A DNA stretch of 64,000 nt, from the IMG/VR virus record IMGVR_UViG_3300017914_002346; one strand, given 5' to 3'. Every line of letters starts with the position of its first letter. Positions within the stretch are counted from its first letter, which is position 1. The notes under the pieces were generated by a model. That model made no database searches. It was not told where the DNA came from and saw only the letters and a program-made list of their open reading frames with translations. This DNA comes from a virus. Taxonomy: Duplodnaviria > Caudoviricetes. Both the position numbers and the translations under genes were made by a program. Shown one piece after another: positions 17,870 to 27,431 of the stretch.

Positions 17870-19329
17870 AGATCAATTGTATTGATTTTATAATCAAATT
17901 CCTCTGTGGTATAATACTTAAATCGTTCGTTAGAATGTCTTAGAGCAAAATTATCTCTTGATTTATATTTTAGATCATCTATAATATCAAATACAGTAGC
18001 TTGTTGACCGTTATCTGACTTACGTAAAATTCTACCTATAGATTGTAATACTTTAATCTTCGACTTAGTAGGATGAGCAAAGATTAGATTATGTAGGTTG
18101 CGTATGTTAACTCCTGTAGAGAACACACCAAGAGACGCAACAATAACTACATCGTTATTTTCTGCCATTTGTCTTACCGCTTCTCTACTTTCTTTATCTG
18201 TTTCGCCTGCGACATAATAAAGTTGTTTTTCTGTCTCTATGTTATCGAATAGATCTTTACCATGTTCTAGTCTTTGAAAAACAACTAACGTATTACCAGG
18301 TAAGGTTCCCGCCATCTTAGATATGAGTTTATTACGTTTATCATGACTTACAATAAACTCTACTTCGTCATTATAAGACATATCTTTTACTTTTTTACGA
18401 TCTTCATCTTGGTAACGTAGCTGTAATAATCTTATATTCATCTGTGATACTTGATCACGTTCCATAAGCTCTTTAGTTGTAATCATCTTATGTATGGAAC
18501 CGAAAAGACCTTTGAGTACTAATTCGTGGGTCTTAGTATCTTGCAATGTACCTGTAAGACCTACTCTATCAGGACATATAAGCATCTTATTCATAATAGA
18601 TTGTATAGACTTTGATTGTGCATGATGTACTTCATCTACTACAATAGAACCAAATTTTGCGAACCAAGAAGCAGGTTGTTTATAAACTGACTGCCAGGTT
18701 GATATGACAACTCTTTGATATGAGTCTTTAGGAGTACCACCTGTAACACCATGCATATCGTTGAACTTACCGTTAGAGTAGTCTAAGAAGTCTGTAAACA
18801 ATTGACCTACAAGTGATATTGTAGGTACAATTATAAGTATCTTTCTATCATGTGTCTCTAACCACCATCTTATCAATGCGTATATAATAAGAGACTTACC
18901 TGAAGCGGTTGGTGATAGAAGTAAACATCTTTGTTTATGTATTGCTGTCTTAAACGCTTCTATCTGATAATCTCTCATTTGAATTGGTTTGTTATTCGAA
19001 TGAGGGTTAAGTACTTTTAGAAACTCATCTAAAAAACTATCATCAGCTATTTGTTCTCTACCAGGAAAATCATACTTGCTACCTTCGAAGAAACATTCTA
19101 CATCCATGTCTTTTGCAAACTTAGTAATGTCACCAGTTAAGCCAGCATAGATAGTACTATCTCTAAGGTTAGCGAGTCTTATCTTACCATCCCAGAACTT
19201 ATTTCTAAACTGAGGTGTAAACTCTGCACCTGGTACTTTAAATGTAAAATAGTCACTTAACATTCTTAGGTCACTTTTGTCACCTTCGAACTCTAAGTAT
19301 ACATCATTCTTTTTACGAAATGTTATCAT
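17866..19329 (-). CDS. uvsW: SF2 DNA helicase
   Basis: WDGKIRL, RDYQ, SPTASGKS, DEVH, GLTGT, QSIGR.LR; start placed at the ATGA overlap with uvsY. Confidence 0.95.
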   Translation of the reverse strand: MITFRKKNDVYLEFEGDKSDLRMLSDYFTFKVPGAEFTPQFRNKFWDGKIRLANLRDSTIYAGLTGDITKFAKDMDVECFFEGSKYDFPGREQIADDSFLDEFLKVLNPHSNNKPIQMRDYQIEAFKTAIHKQRCLLLSPTASGKSLIIYALIRWWLETHDRKILIIVPTISLVGQLFTDFLDYSNGKFNDMHGVTGGTPKDSYQRVVISTWQSVYKQPASWFAKFGSIVVDEVHHAQSKSIQSIMNKMLICPDRVGLTGTLQDTKTHELVLKGLFGSIHKMITTKELMERDQVSQMNIRLLQLRYQDEDRKKVKDMSYNDEVEFIVSHDKRNKLISKMAGTLPGNTLVVFQRLEHGKDLFDNIETEKQLYYVAGETDKESREAVRQMAENNDVVIVASLGVFSTGVNIRNLHNLIFAHPTKSKIKVLQSIGRILRKSDNGQQATVFDIIDDLKYKSRDNFALRHSNERFKYYTTEEFDYKINTIDL

Positions 19330-19760
19330 AGACTGCCAGAAGTAAATCTTGCCCAATCAATAGCATTTTTTATTGATTGATTTCTCCACTTGATTTGTTC
19401 TAATATATGATTGAGACCTTCAAGTAGAATATTTATATACTCTATTCTCTGTTCTAGCTGTACAACTTCTGGATCAGTATTAACGTGTTTGTCAATGCCT
19501 GCTTTTGTCTTTAGTTTGAGATCGAAAGGTTTTTCTTTATAGACATCAGCAGTTGCTTGACCAGAGTAATAGAGTTCTTTCTCCTTCTTAAGATTTTCTA
19601 TCTTGTGAGAGAAAGCTATCTTTTTTGCTTTAAGATCCATAAGCATAGAAAGATATTTATGATGTAGTTTAGGAGCATCTGTAGCTGCAGTATCTAGCGC
19701 TGTCTTATCTATAGGTGCATCTTCTTCCCACATAGATAAAAGTTGCTCATGAGTCAACAT
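19326..19760 (-). CDS. uvsY: Recombination mediator protein
   Basis: W..DA.ID, PKLHHKY, YYSG, PFDLK, IKNAIDW..F. Confidence 0.9.
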   Translation of the reverse strand: MLTHEQLLSMWEEDAPIDKTALDTAATDAPKLHHKYLSMLMDLKAKKIAFSHKIENLKKEKELYYSGQATADVYKEKPFDLKLKTKAGIDKHVNTDPEVVQLEQRIEYINILLEGLNHILEQIKWRNQSIKNAIDWARFTSGSL

Positions 19761-19797
19761 AATTCTTAACCTTCCATACGAATCTCAACATGTCTAT

Positions 19798-19805
19798 TAT
19801 AAATA
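19798..19805 (+). promoter_or_regulatory. T4-type late promoter for phoH
   Basis: Perfect TATAAATA 92 nt upstream of the phoH ATG. Confidence 0.65.
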
Positions 19806-19841
19806 GTTTAATGGTAAAGTTCTTTACTATCCTTTCAAACC

Positions 19842-19879
19842 ACTCCCAGCCATTCTGGCTAAGGGAGTCTTTTTATTTT
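19842..19879 (+). promoter_or_regulatory. Terminator-like hairpin inside the phoH leader
   Basis: ACTCCC-AGCCA-TTC-TGGCT-AA-GGGAGT followed by CTTTTTATTTT, just before the AGGAG RBS. Confidence 0.5.
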
Positions 19880-19896
19880 CAACAGGAGAAAATTAC

Positions 19897-20583
19897 ATGG
19901 CACGTGCTAAAAAGAAAGACAGTTTCGTGAAAGAGATACAGTCTTCAGCAGCATTTCACATTCAACCTAAAAATCCAACTCAACAGTACTTACTAGATTG
20001 TATTGATCAATCTGTAATGACTATTTGTATTGGACCTGCAGGGACCGGCAAAACGTTCTGCTCTGGTATGAAGGCCGCACAGTTAATTTTAAAAGGAGGT
20101 TATGATAAGATTGTGCTCACTAGACCTAATGTATCTACAGGAAGATCATTAGGATATTTTCCAGGGTCAGTAGAAGAAAAAATGACCCCGTGGCTCAAAC
20201 CTATCATGAATGTCCTTCAAGAAGGATTAGGTAAAGGTAGATATGACTACATGGTATCCAAAAATCAAATAGTTGTACAACCTATAGAGACTATTAGAGG
20301 TAATTCATTTGAAGATTGTATTATCATTGTAGATGAATCTCAAAACCTTAATATGTCAGAGATTAAAGCTATTACTACTCGTATTGGTGAAAACTCTAAA
20401 CTTATTATGCTTGGCGATCCGGCTCAATCAGATGTACATGACGGAGAAGATCTAGACGATTTTGTTGAGATGTGTCATCACTATGGAATAGAAGCACCAA
20501 TTGTAAGGTTTACTACCGATCATATTGTTCGATCGGATATAGTTGCTCAATTAGTAAAGATGTTTGCTAGAAATAAGATATAA
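19897..20583 (+). CDS. phoH: PhoH-family ATPase
   Basis: GPAGTGKT, LGYFPG...EK..PW, RGNSF, VDESQN, TRIGENSK, GDPAQSD, IVRS. Confidence 0.95.
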   Translation: MARAKKKDSFVKEIQSSAAFHIQPKNPTQQYLLDCIDQSVMTICIGPAGTGKTFCSGMKAAQLILKGGYDKIVLTRPNVSTGRSLGYFPGSVEEKMTPWLKPIMNVLQEGLGKGRYDYMVSKNQIVVQPIETIRGNSFEDCIIIVDESQNLNMSEIKAITTRIGENSKLIMLGDPAQSDVHDGEDLDDFVEMCHHYGIEAPIVRFTTDHIVRSDIVAQLVKMFARNKI

Positions 20584-20584
20584 G

Positions 20585-20612
20585 AAAAAGGGGGCTTAAG
20601 CCCCCTTTTTTT
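20585..20612. terminator. Bidirectional intrinsic terminator
   Basis: AAAAAGGGGGCTTAAGCCCCCTTTTT palindrome between convergent genes. Confidence 0.9.
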
Positions 20613-21048
20613 AACCTGTTGTAAAGTCTTGTGCTATATTTCCGATATAATTTGTACCATCATAAACAATAGTTACTGCATCAATTGCATTTGCATCAGT
20701 GCTTAATGTTGGATCACCACCAGGGAATTTAACATTGTTTGAACCGTCTGTAAAAGTGCCTGTTCTTGAACCAGTAGCGTCTTGAGTAATAATAATTGTC
20801 ACAGAAGAACCTGTATCAAAACCACTCATTGTAAAAGTTGCGTTTGTGTCTAAAGTAACAGATTGAATTGATCCGTCTTTCGGATCAATTGTAATTGATG
20901 AAGCAGAAGTCTTAGCTTGTACTTTTTCTTTAATACCACCTCTGAAATCAACTACTTTATCAAACTGTGATGCGTTAGCAACAGCTGGGTTAGCTAAATA
21001 TGCTGCAAATTTTCTTGCTCTTGAAGTCCATGCGGTTCTAATTGCCAT
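20611..21048 (-). CDS. Putative virion structural protein (small beta-sandwich)
   Basis: AATAAATA at 21074-21081 and GGGAG RBS upstream; TQDATGSRT..F...VKFPGG.PTLST..AID pattern typical of phage fibre/decoration domains. Confidence 0.55.
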   Translation of the reverse strand: MAIRTAWTSRARKFAAYLANPAVANASQFDKVVDFRGGIKEKVQAKTSASSITIDPKDGSIQSVTLDTNATFTMSGFDTGSSVTIIITQDATGSRTGTFTDGSNNVKFPGGDPTLSTDANAIDAVTIVYDGTNYIGNIAQDFTTG

Positions 21049-21157
21049 GAGTGTTACTCCCTAATTTCTACTTTATTTATTATTTTTTAAAAATAGTCGT
21101 TACTTTTTCTTATAATCTGAACAGATGCCTGAGCTGTTCTAAGCCCCGGATACCATA

Positions 21158-21781
21158 TTAACTTTTAGCTTTCTTTCTTCTACCTTTACGCATATTTAAT
21201 AACCAATGAGCTAACTGTTTCTTGCGAGGTGATGCAGATGAACTAGATCGTATCTTCTTAAGAGAAGAATCAGAACCTTTAGTATTAATTCCATGACGTT
21301 TACTATCACCTTTGTCTTGTGGGTTCTTTCCATCCATAAAATTTTCACCTACTTTATTTCTAAGAGCTCTTAACTGTTCTCTCTTTTTATTAAAAGCAGT
21401 TTGTCCACCAACCATTTTTTTAGCTCTTATACCGGTAGAAGTCTTCTGTCTTTGAAAATCATTAGTTCTCATATTAGAAACACCTGTACCGGTACTACCA
21501 GTCATTATTGCTTCACTAACATCATTCATCATATAATCTCTAGCTGTATCAATATAATCACAGGCTTTAGTAATCTTATTTTGTACCCATTCAGCCATGT
21601 TAGTGTTATCTTCTAACATGTTAATCAAATCATTTGCGTTTCGAATAATACCTCTTAATTGAGTCTTAGCCATCTCACCTTCATAGTCATATTCTCTTTC
21701 GTTAGATTCTTTTGACTCAGATCTAAGTTTAATATATTCTCTTCTTTGAGCTATTTTTTTATCTCTCATATTACTTGGCAT
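21158..21781 (-). CDS. Conserved T4-like phage protein, possible internal head protein
   Basis: Modules EYDYEGEMAKTQL...EWVQNKITKA.DYI and ENFMDGKNPQDKG...LAHW..NM. Confidence 0.55.
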   Translation of the reverse strand: MPSNMRDKKIAQRREYIKLRSESKESNEREYDYEGEMAKTQLRGIIRNANDLINMLEDNTNMAEWVQNKITKACDYIDTARDYMMNDVSEAIMTGSTGTGVSNMRTNDFQRQKTSTGIRAKKMVGGQTAFNKKREQLRALRNKVGENFMDGKNPQDKGDSKRHGINTKGSDSSLKKIRSSSSASPRKKQLAHWLLNMRKGRRKKAKS

Positions 21782-21795
21782 AGCGACCCTTCTTT

Positions 21796-21845
21796 ATTAT
21801 ACTTATTATAAATTTACGAAATTATACTTATTATAAATTTACGAA
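21796..21845. repeat. Perfect 25-bp tandem duplication
   Basis: ATTATACTTATTATAAATTTACGAA at 21796-21820 and 21821-21845. Confidence 0.95.
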
Positions 21846-21866
21846 GCTTATTCTTAATAGCTTTAT

Positions 21867-22208
21867 TTACCATTGTTTACAGCTCCAGTAACGAGCCTTT
21901 GTTTTAGGTCCAGGGTTATCACAGTTATGCCTAGCTCTAAAAGACTTTCTACGAGCTGGATTGTCAGCTTTAATTTCCATATTAGGATCACCAAAGTTAA
22001 CTTTAACTACATTACCTTTTTCGTTCTTTACATACACTGAACGCTTTTTAGGTCCACCCGGAGTCAAAAATGGCTTGTTTAATTTTACATTTTTCTTTTT
22101 GCCACCATCTTCCTCATCAATGTATAAGGCATCTTCTTCAACTTCACCCCATTCATTAATTTGTGTCTTTACATTTTCGAATACATTATCACCGGTTAAG
22201 ATGCTCAT
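21867..22208 (-). CDS. Conserved phage protein with acidic N-terminus and basic C-terminal domain
   Basis: LNKPF...KKRSVYVKN..GNVVKVNFGD...RRKSFRARH.C...ARYWSC..W; GGAG RBS. Confidence 0.65.
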   Translation of the reverse strand: MSILTGDNVFENVKTQINEWGEVEEDALYIDEEDGGKKKNVKLNKPFLTPGGPKKRSVYVKNEKGNVVKVNFGDPNMEIKADNPARRKSFRARHNCDNPGPKTKARYWSCKQW

Positions 22209-22217
22209 AGTTTACTC

Positions 22218-22799
22218 CTATAGTAAGTTATTATTAAGTCTACCATTTGTGTAGGTTTGATTTTCAAAGTATAAGTATCTAAATGATGCTGTACTTTTTA
22301 CATATGTTATATCTTGATCAGCAGCATTGTATGTTGGTCCATCTAAACTAATAGGAAAACAATCAACAAAATTCCAATGTACTAAAGGTTTGTTACCAGC
22401 ATCACAACCAAATACAGTTATGTTAGAGGTAGTGTTTCTCCACCCTGTACTTCCAGTAGTATTAGTTGTATTAGTAAACTCATTATACTGTTCATGTTGT
22501 TCGGGATGATTAATAGCTTTTAACCATTCAAGTACCGTTCTATAATTAGTGAAGTCTTTATCCACTAAGAACTCAAAATCTAAAGATGAATAATCAACTC
22601 CATTACCAGGTAGAAAAGCTCTAACAGGGTTAAGTCTATTAGATAAAGGTACTTCACCTCCAGTTACGTTTGGTATGTTTACTGATTGTATATTAAAAAC
22701 TAGAGAAGGTAATGTCTCTGCAACAGCATAGAAATTTTGAGGAGCTACATATGAGAGCTCTGGTATTCTAGATGATACTGTACTATATGATACTGCCAT
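22218..22799 (-). CDS. gp3: Tail completion/sheath stabilizer protein
   Basis: QSVNIP, L.FEFLVDKDF.NY...EW, F.DCFPISL, A.FRY; located downstream of gp23. Confidence 0.8.
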   Translation of the reverse strand: MAVSYSTVSSRIPELSYVAPQNFYAVAETLPSLVFNIQSVNIPNVTGGEVPLSNRLNPVRAFLPGNGVDYSSLDFEFLVDKDFTNYRTVLEWLKAINHPEQHEQYNEFTNTTNTTGSTGWRNTTSNITVFGCDAGNKPLVHWNFVDCFPISLDGPTYNAADQDITYVKSTASFRYLYFENQTYTNGRLNNNLL

Positions 22800-22803
22800 A
22801 TTC

Positions 22804-22811
22804 TATTTATT
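22804..22811 (-). promoter_or_regulatory. T4-type late promoter
   Basis: AATAAATA 4 nt before the gp3 ATG. Confidence 0.6.
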
Positions 22812-22840
22812 AAAAAAAGAGGCAGCCGAAGCTGCCTCTT
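22812..22840 (-). terminator. Intrinsic terminator after gp23
   Basis: AGAGGCAGC-TTCG-GCTGCCTCT plus T tract; C(UUCG)G tetraloop. Confidence 0.92.
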
Positions 22841-22862
22841 TGTTATCGTTGTATCTAAACGT

Positions 22863-24353
22863 TTACACGTTGTCGATACGGAACTTACGATAGTAAACGT
22901 TAGTATTATGAGCTGCCAAGCCTTGTGACTGTACTGCTGCAGAACCCTGTGAGAATGGATTTGAAACCATACCGTAACGAGTCTTGAAGCCAATCTTTGG
23001 CTGGAATGTCTCTTGTGCAACTGCACGTACCATCTGTAGTGGTACGTATGGGCAGTAGAACATACCTGCGTCCATGTTGTTTGCACCCTTATAACCAACA
23101 ACAGCATAATCGCCATTAGTTGCATATGGGTCAACATACACTTTCATGCGTCCGTTCAATGTACCTGCAAATACACCTGATGTCACATCAACGTTTAAGT
23201 TGTCTGACAAGCCTGATGAATAGTCTAAAAGACCAGCCATTGTCAAGCTAGATGCTACGTTTGCAGAACAAAGTACGAAATTACCTTTACCGCGGCGTGT
23301 TTCGAAAGCAATTTTGTTTGCTTCTTTCTCAAGCTGCAACATAAGGCCTTTCTGACGCTCAACTGACCAACGGCCTTGACCATCTGCAATCAAGTCAAAG
23401 ATACCATCGTTTGTTAAACCGTCTGCACCATACTTAGCTTGGCTAATCATAGTACGTACTACTTCACGGTTAATTTCAGCAAGAATTTCTGTTGACAAAA
23501 TGTTTGACAATTCTGCTTCTGCATCCAAACCATGAACTGCTTTAAGGTCTTGAACCAATTCCATGGTGTATTCACTCTTGAGCGCACGTGTCTTTGCTTC
23601 AACAGCTGTACGTTCAATTGTGAATGACATTTCACGGAAGTTATCCCCTTCACCTTCTCTGGTTGTCATACCAAATGGTGTTGTGCCTGCTGAAGACATA
23701 CCTGATGGTACATAACCTGTGTTAAGTGCTGGGTCAGCTGTTACTGTGTCAACGAATGGATCGTTAACAGGTGTAACTGAGTTGTCTGTGTAAGCTTCTG
23801 ATTCAGCTGCTGTTGAACCGTCTGACTTTGAACGTGATGGTGAGAATGGATTCCCTGAAGTATCTTCATTGGTACCTGCAGCATGTGTTCCTGGCTGACC
23901 AGTGTTAAATGCTGTACCAGAGAAGTTCGGGAATACTTCATCATAGAATGCTTCTAATCCGAGATCACCTGCACCTGGTTCGTTGTTGTTATTGTAACGT
24001 GCACGTAATGCGAAGATCAAACCTGTCGGAGCTGACATTGGCTGAACACCACATAAATCGAATGCCATCATCTGTGGCATTGCACGGCGGACCAATGAGA
24101 TAATGATTGGATCATAACCTGCACGGCCTGTAGCATTGATGGTTGCGTTTGTACCTGCGCCTGAGAATGCGCCACCGAATGCTGCACCAGAAACTGATGC
24201 TTCATCGATAATACCTGCCTCTTCCTTCAATGCCTTTTCTGTGTTTTCGAGGACCTGAGCAACAACCGCTTTACGATCACGATCCTGAATTGGATCTAGA
24301 TCTTCATGGCTGATTACTGGTGCCCATTTTTCCATAAGGACATCGGTTGACAT
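22863..24353 (-). CDS. gp23: Major capsid protein
   Basis: EKWAP, YDP..ISLVRRAMP, GVQPM..PTGLIFA, RALKSEYTMEL.QDLKAVHGLDAE.EL, YCPYVPL, FQPKIGFKTRYG. Confidence 0.98.
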   Translation of the reverse strand: MSTDVLMEKWAPVISHEDLDPIQDRDRKAVVAQVLENTEKALKEEAGIIDEASVSGAAFGGAFSGAGTNATINATGRAGYDPIIISLVRRAMPQMMAFDLCGVQPMSAPTGLIFALRARYNNNNEPGAGDLGLEAFYDEVFPNFSGTAFNTGQPGTHAAGTNEDTSGNPFSPSRSKSDGSTAAESEAYTDNSVTPVNDPFVDTVTADPALNTGYVPSGMSSAGTTPFGMTTREGEGDNFREMSFTIERTAVEAKTRALKSEYTMELVQDLKAVHGLDAEAELSNILSTEILAEINREVVRTMISQAKYGADGLTNDGIFDLIADGQGRWSVERQKGLMLQLEKEANKIAFETRRGKGNFVLCSANVASSLTMAGLLDYSSGLSDNLNVDVTSGVFAGTLNGRMKVYVDPYATNGDYAVVGYKGANNMDAGMFYCPYVPLQMVRAVAQETFQPKIGFKTRYGMVSNPFSQGSAAVQSQGLAAHNTNVYYRKFRIDNV

Positions 24354-24400
24354 TGTATTTCTCCTTCAAAAAATTTTAATAATGTCTAATTTTTCTTAAT

Positions 24401-24408
24401 TATTTAAT
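24401..24408 (-). promoter_or_regulatory. Late-promoter-like site for gp23
   Basis: ATTAAATA upstream of an AAGGAG RBS. Confidence 0.45.
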
Positions 24409-24422
24409 ACTCTTCAATTTTC

Positions 24423-26402
24423 TTAATTATTCACAGTCTTTGAAAGGAACTTCGCATACTGCGATACAGTACTGTCATCTTCTTCGATAACTGTACCACC
24501 GAATACTTCCTCACTCAATGAGCTAAGAAGTGGTTGCTCAGATGATTCGTTGAAATAGCCCTCTTTAAGCTGCTCTACTTTATATCTGAACTCTTCGATG
24601 TCATCTGCTTCAACATTTTCAGACAAGTTTTCTAAGCGGATCTTTTGTGTCTGAGTTAAGTCGTTGCTGACTTCATCTACGATTTCTTTTCTTTTGATTT
24701 CCAAAAGTTCTCTCTTAGCTGACTCAAGCTCACCTGCTTGCTCATCTAACTGCTCTTTATATGATTCAACTGCTTCAGTTAACTCATCAACAACAGATAC
24801 TTCTTCTTCTGGAATATCAATAAAGTTAGATTCAAATACTGTCTTCATTTCGCGAATAAAGTTTTCAGCAATTTCAGTTCTTAATGAGTATTTGATCTCT
24901 AACTGATTTTCTTCTAACCATTCATTAACTACATAGTCAACATACTGGTCAACTTTTTCGTTAATCTTTTTAACTTCTTCTTCTAATTCATCAGCGTATT
25001 TAGCTTCAATTTCTTCAGCTAACTTATTAGCCTTTTCATTGACTGCTGTTTCAAAGATAACAGAAGCTTTTTCTTTAAAGTCTTCATCAAGATCTTCCAT
25101 TAACTCATCCGCATCTTCCTTAACAGGGCCTTTTGGATTAGCTTTAGTTGGAGTATCAATAGGATCTTTAGCTTGATCATGAGCACCTTCACCAGGATTA
25201 CCACCTTTAGAAGTAGGCTCATTTTTACCTTTCTCTTCTTTAGGACGTTTGTCTTCATTTTCAGCAGAAGATGGTGCAGCTTCTAACTTTTCACCAGTTG
25301 CTTCTTCTACTTCTTCTTCTGACTCTTCTTTAGCCATAGCTTTCTTAATAGCTTTGTCTTTATTGTCCATATACTCTTTATCATCTGGCTCATCTACACC
25401 ATCACCATCCATGTCACCTTTATCTTTTGCTTCAGTGACTTCTTGATAATGAGCTTCGATTTCTGCTTGCTCTTCTTCAGTCAAGTTAGAATAGAAATCA
25501 TGGAACTCTTCTTCTGTAAGACCTTCGATCTTATCCCAGTCCCATTCCATTTCTTCTTCTACAGATTCTTTAGCTTCTTCTTCATCATCGTCGTCATCGT
25601 CATCATCTTTTTCGTGATCATCTTTAGAAGCCTCTTCTACTGACTCATCAGTTTCTTCTTTATCATCGTCTTCATCATCGTCATCAGAATCATCTTCTTC
25701 TTTCATGTTCTTCATTGACTCTTTTTCATCGTCTGGAATATGATCATCATTAGCATTCTTTTTTACAGTTGTGTCTTGTGCTTCTTCGATCTCGTCTTCT
25801 TCCACTACAACAGAATCATAACGCTCTTTAAACTCAGCTAACTCTTCTTCTGTTAACGAATCAACTAACTCCTGGAAATCATCTTCAGAAAGGTTATCAA
25901 TCTTATCCCAATCCCATTCCATTGTTTCTGCATCTTCGTCCATAGCTTGATTATGAGGACCTTTGTTAGCTTCAACTTCAGCTGAAGCGTCAGAAGGTAA
26001 TGCATTCTTACCATCTTTCTTAGGACCTACATCTTTATCACCACCACCATCGATAGCAGCACCTTTTTCTGAACCTAAAACTTCTTTAGAATTATCTGAT
26101 GCGCTAGAAGCAATCTTACCTTTGTTCATATCACCGACGTCTTTATCACCGCCTGCGTCAATAGCAGCACCTTTTTCAGAACCAATAACCTCAGATGAAT
26201 TATCACCTTCTTGATCTGACTTAGGCTTAGCTGTATCAGTAAGTTTATTAGCTGCAAGAGACTTATCAGTCTTGTCCTGCGCTTCGTCTACCTGATCTTC
26301 TTCACTCATTTTGTTTTGAGGGTTTCTAACTTTTTTAGGTGCAGTCATATCCGCTTCTAAAAGCTCCTCAATAACATCAATTAAACCGTTATTCTTTTCC
26401 AT
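24423..26402 (-). CDS. gp22: Prohead core scaffold protein with long acidic N-terminal extension
   Basis: C-terminal FKEKASVIFETAV, YVDYVVNEW..EN, EIAENF...K.VF..NFIDIPEE; between gp21 and gp23; start set at the ATG after GGAG. Confidence 0.9.
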   Translation of the reverse strand: MEKNNGLIDVIEELLEADMTAPKKVRNPQNKMSEEDQVDEAQDKTDKSLAANKLTDTAKPKSDQEGDNSSEVIGSEKGAAIDAGGDKDVGDMNKGKIASSASDNSKEVLGSEKGAAIDGGGDKDVGPKKDGKNALPSDASAEVEANKGPHNQAMDEDAETMEWDWDKIDNLSEDDFQELVDSLTEEELAEFKERYDSVVVEEDEIEEAQDTTVKKNANDDHIPDDEKESMKNMKEEDDSDDDDEDDDKEETDESVEEASKDDHEKDDDDDDDDEEEAKESVEEEMEWDWDKIEGLTEEEFHDFYSNLTEEEQAEIEAHYQEVTEAKDKGDMDGDGVDEPDDKEYMDNKDKAIKKAMAKEESEEEVEEATGEKLEAAPSSAENEDKRPKEEKGKNEPTSKGGNPGEGAHDQAKDPIDTPTKANPKGPVKEDADELMEDLDEDFKEKASVIFETAVNEKANKLAEEIEAKYADELEEEVKKINEKVDQYVDYVVNEWLEENQLEIKYSLRTEIAENFIREMKTVFESNFIDIPEEEVSVVDELTEAVESYKEQLDEQAGELESAKRELLEIKRKEIVDEVSNDLTQTQKIRLENLSENVEADDIEEFRYKVEQLKEGYFNESSEQPLLSSLSEEVFGGTVIEEDDSTVSQYAKFLSKTVNN

Positions 26403-26423
26403 TGTATTAAACTCCAATTAATT

Positions 26424-26431
26424 TATTTATA
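26424..26431 (-). promoter_or_regulatory. T4-type late promoter
   Basis: Perfect TATAAATA upstream of gp22. Confidence 0.75.
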
Positions 26432-27097
26432 TTAAAGCGTCTTTAAGAAGCTCTCAAATACTTCTAACTTAACTTCATTAAGTTCTTTTAATTTAGCTCT
26501 CTTTAATTTCTCTCTCTGAAATTCTAAATCTACTTGTTTCCAAATTCCAGATTCGTAAATCCATTCAGCTTGTTCCATTACACCTTCAACAAAAGATGAT
26601 TGTGCAGATGGATCAAACACAACATCAGCGGCAGTAGTAAGTACAAAATCATTACCTACTAAATTATAACCTTCTCTTTGAGGAATAAGACTACCTAAAC
26701 CTCTAGAAGATACACCAATCTTTACACCATCAGATAAAAGATTCTCTACTATCTTACCCATTGGTGTTGATAAAACCTTAGCTTTACCCATATAGTAAAC
26801 AGCGTCGTCAGCCCTTTCTTTAGTCAACTTAGTTGTCATAATAGCTGCGCGCTCAGGATTTACAATAGGTTCAGCTGGATGGTTCAATTCCCCCAAAGCT
26901 CTTTTTTGTGAAATATAATCTTCGTTATACTTTTCAACTGCAGCATCCATAACTTCTTCTGTATAGATTCTGCCATTTTTATTTTTCTTTTCAGCTTGAA
27001 GAAAAGGACCATTAATATACATTCTTTTCTCTGAACCTTTACCTTCAGAGATGACATCTAGATCATTAAAAGTGATATCTTCTTTAATAAGTTTCAT
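26432..27097 (-). CDS. gp21: Prohead protease
   Basis: GPFLQAE..NKNGRIY, RALGELNHP, TPMGKIV, GVSSRGLGSL, ADVV.DPSA. Confidence 0.95.
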   Translation of the reverse strand: MKLIKEDITFNDLDVISEGKGSEKRMYINGPFLQAEKKNKNGRIYTEEVMDAAVEKYNEDYISQKRALGELNHPAEPIVNPERAAIMTTKLTKERADDAVYYMGKAKVLSTPMGKIVENLLSDGVKIGVSSRGLGSLIPQREGYNLVGNDFVLTTAADVVFDPSAQSSFVEGVMEQAEWIYESGIWKQVDLEFQREKLKRAKLKELNEVKLEVFESFLKTL

Positions 27098-27099
27098 AA

Positions 27100-27420
27100 T
27101 TATGTCCTAAACTCAATAACAACATTACCCTGTGATGCGGTTGTAAAAGTAATTGCACACGCAGCAGGTGCAGCTAAATTAATACCACCGTGTAATGATA
27201 ATTCCCATCTGCCGGTTTCAAAATCTTTACCGTCAATTGTTACAGCAGACTGTCCCATGTTAGTAACTGATTCAATCTTTCTTACTCGTACATAGTTACC
27301 ATTTACAGTAAAGTCATCTGAATCTAATGTATGATCTGCATCATAGACATGATAGACAATTCTGTTACCAGGTGTTGAACCATTTACTTGTACCGCTTTT
27401 GCTACAATTTCTGCTGCCAT
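27100..27420 (-). CDS. Hypothetical protein in the head-assembly module
   Basis: 106-aa beta-rich ORF between gp68 and gp21. Confidence 0.65.
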   Translation of the reverse strand: MAAEIVAKAVQVNGSTPGNRIVYHVYDADHTLDSDDFTVNGNYVRVRKIESVTNMGQSAVTIDGKDFETGRWELSLHGGINLAAPAACAITFTTASQGNVVIEFRT

Positions 27421-27431
27421 TTTCTATACCC

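Noticed and set aside
21085-21157. Possible tRNA or small RNA in the intergenic gap
   Set aside because: Only a weak GAACAG/CTGTTC stem; no cloverleaf or T-loop
24391-24431. 14-bp direct repeat TTTTCTTAATTATT upstream of gp23
   Set aside because: Low-complexity AT sequence overlapping the gp22 stop and promoter; cannot be separated from chance
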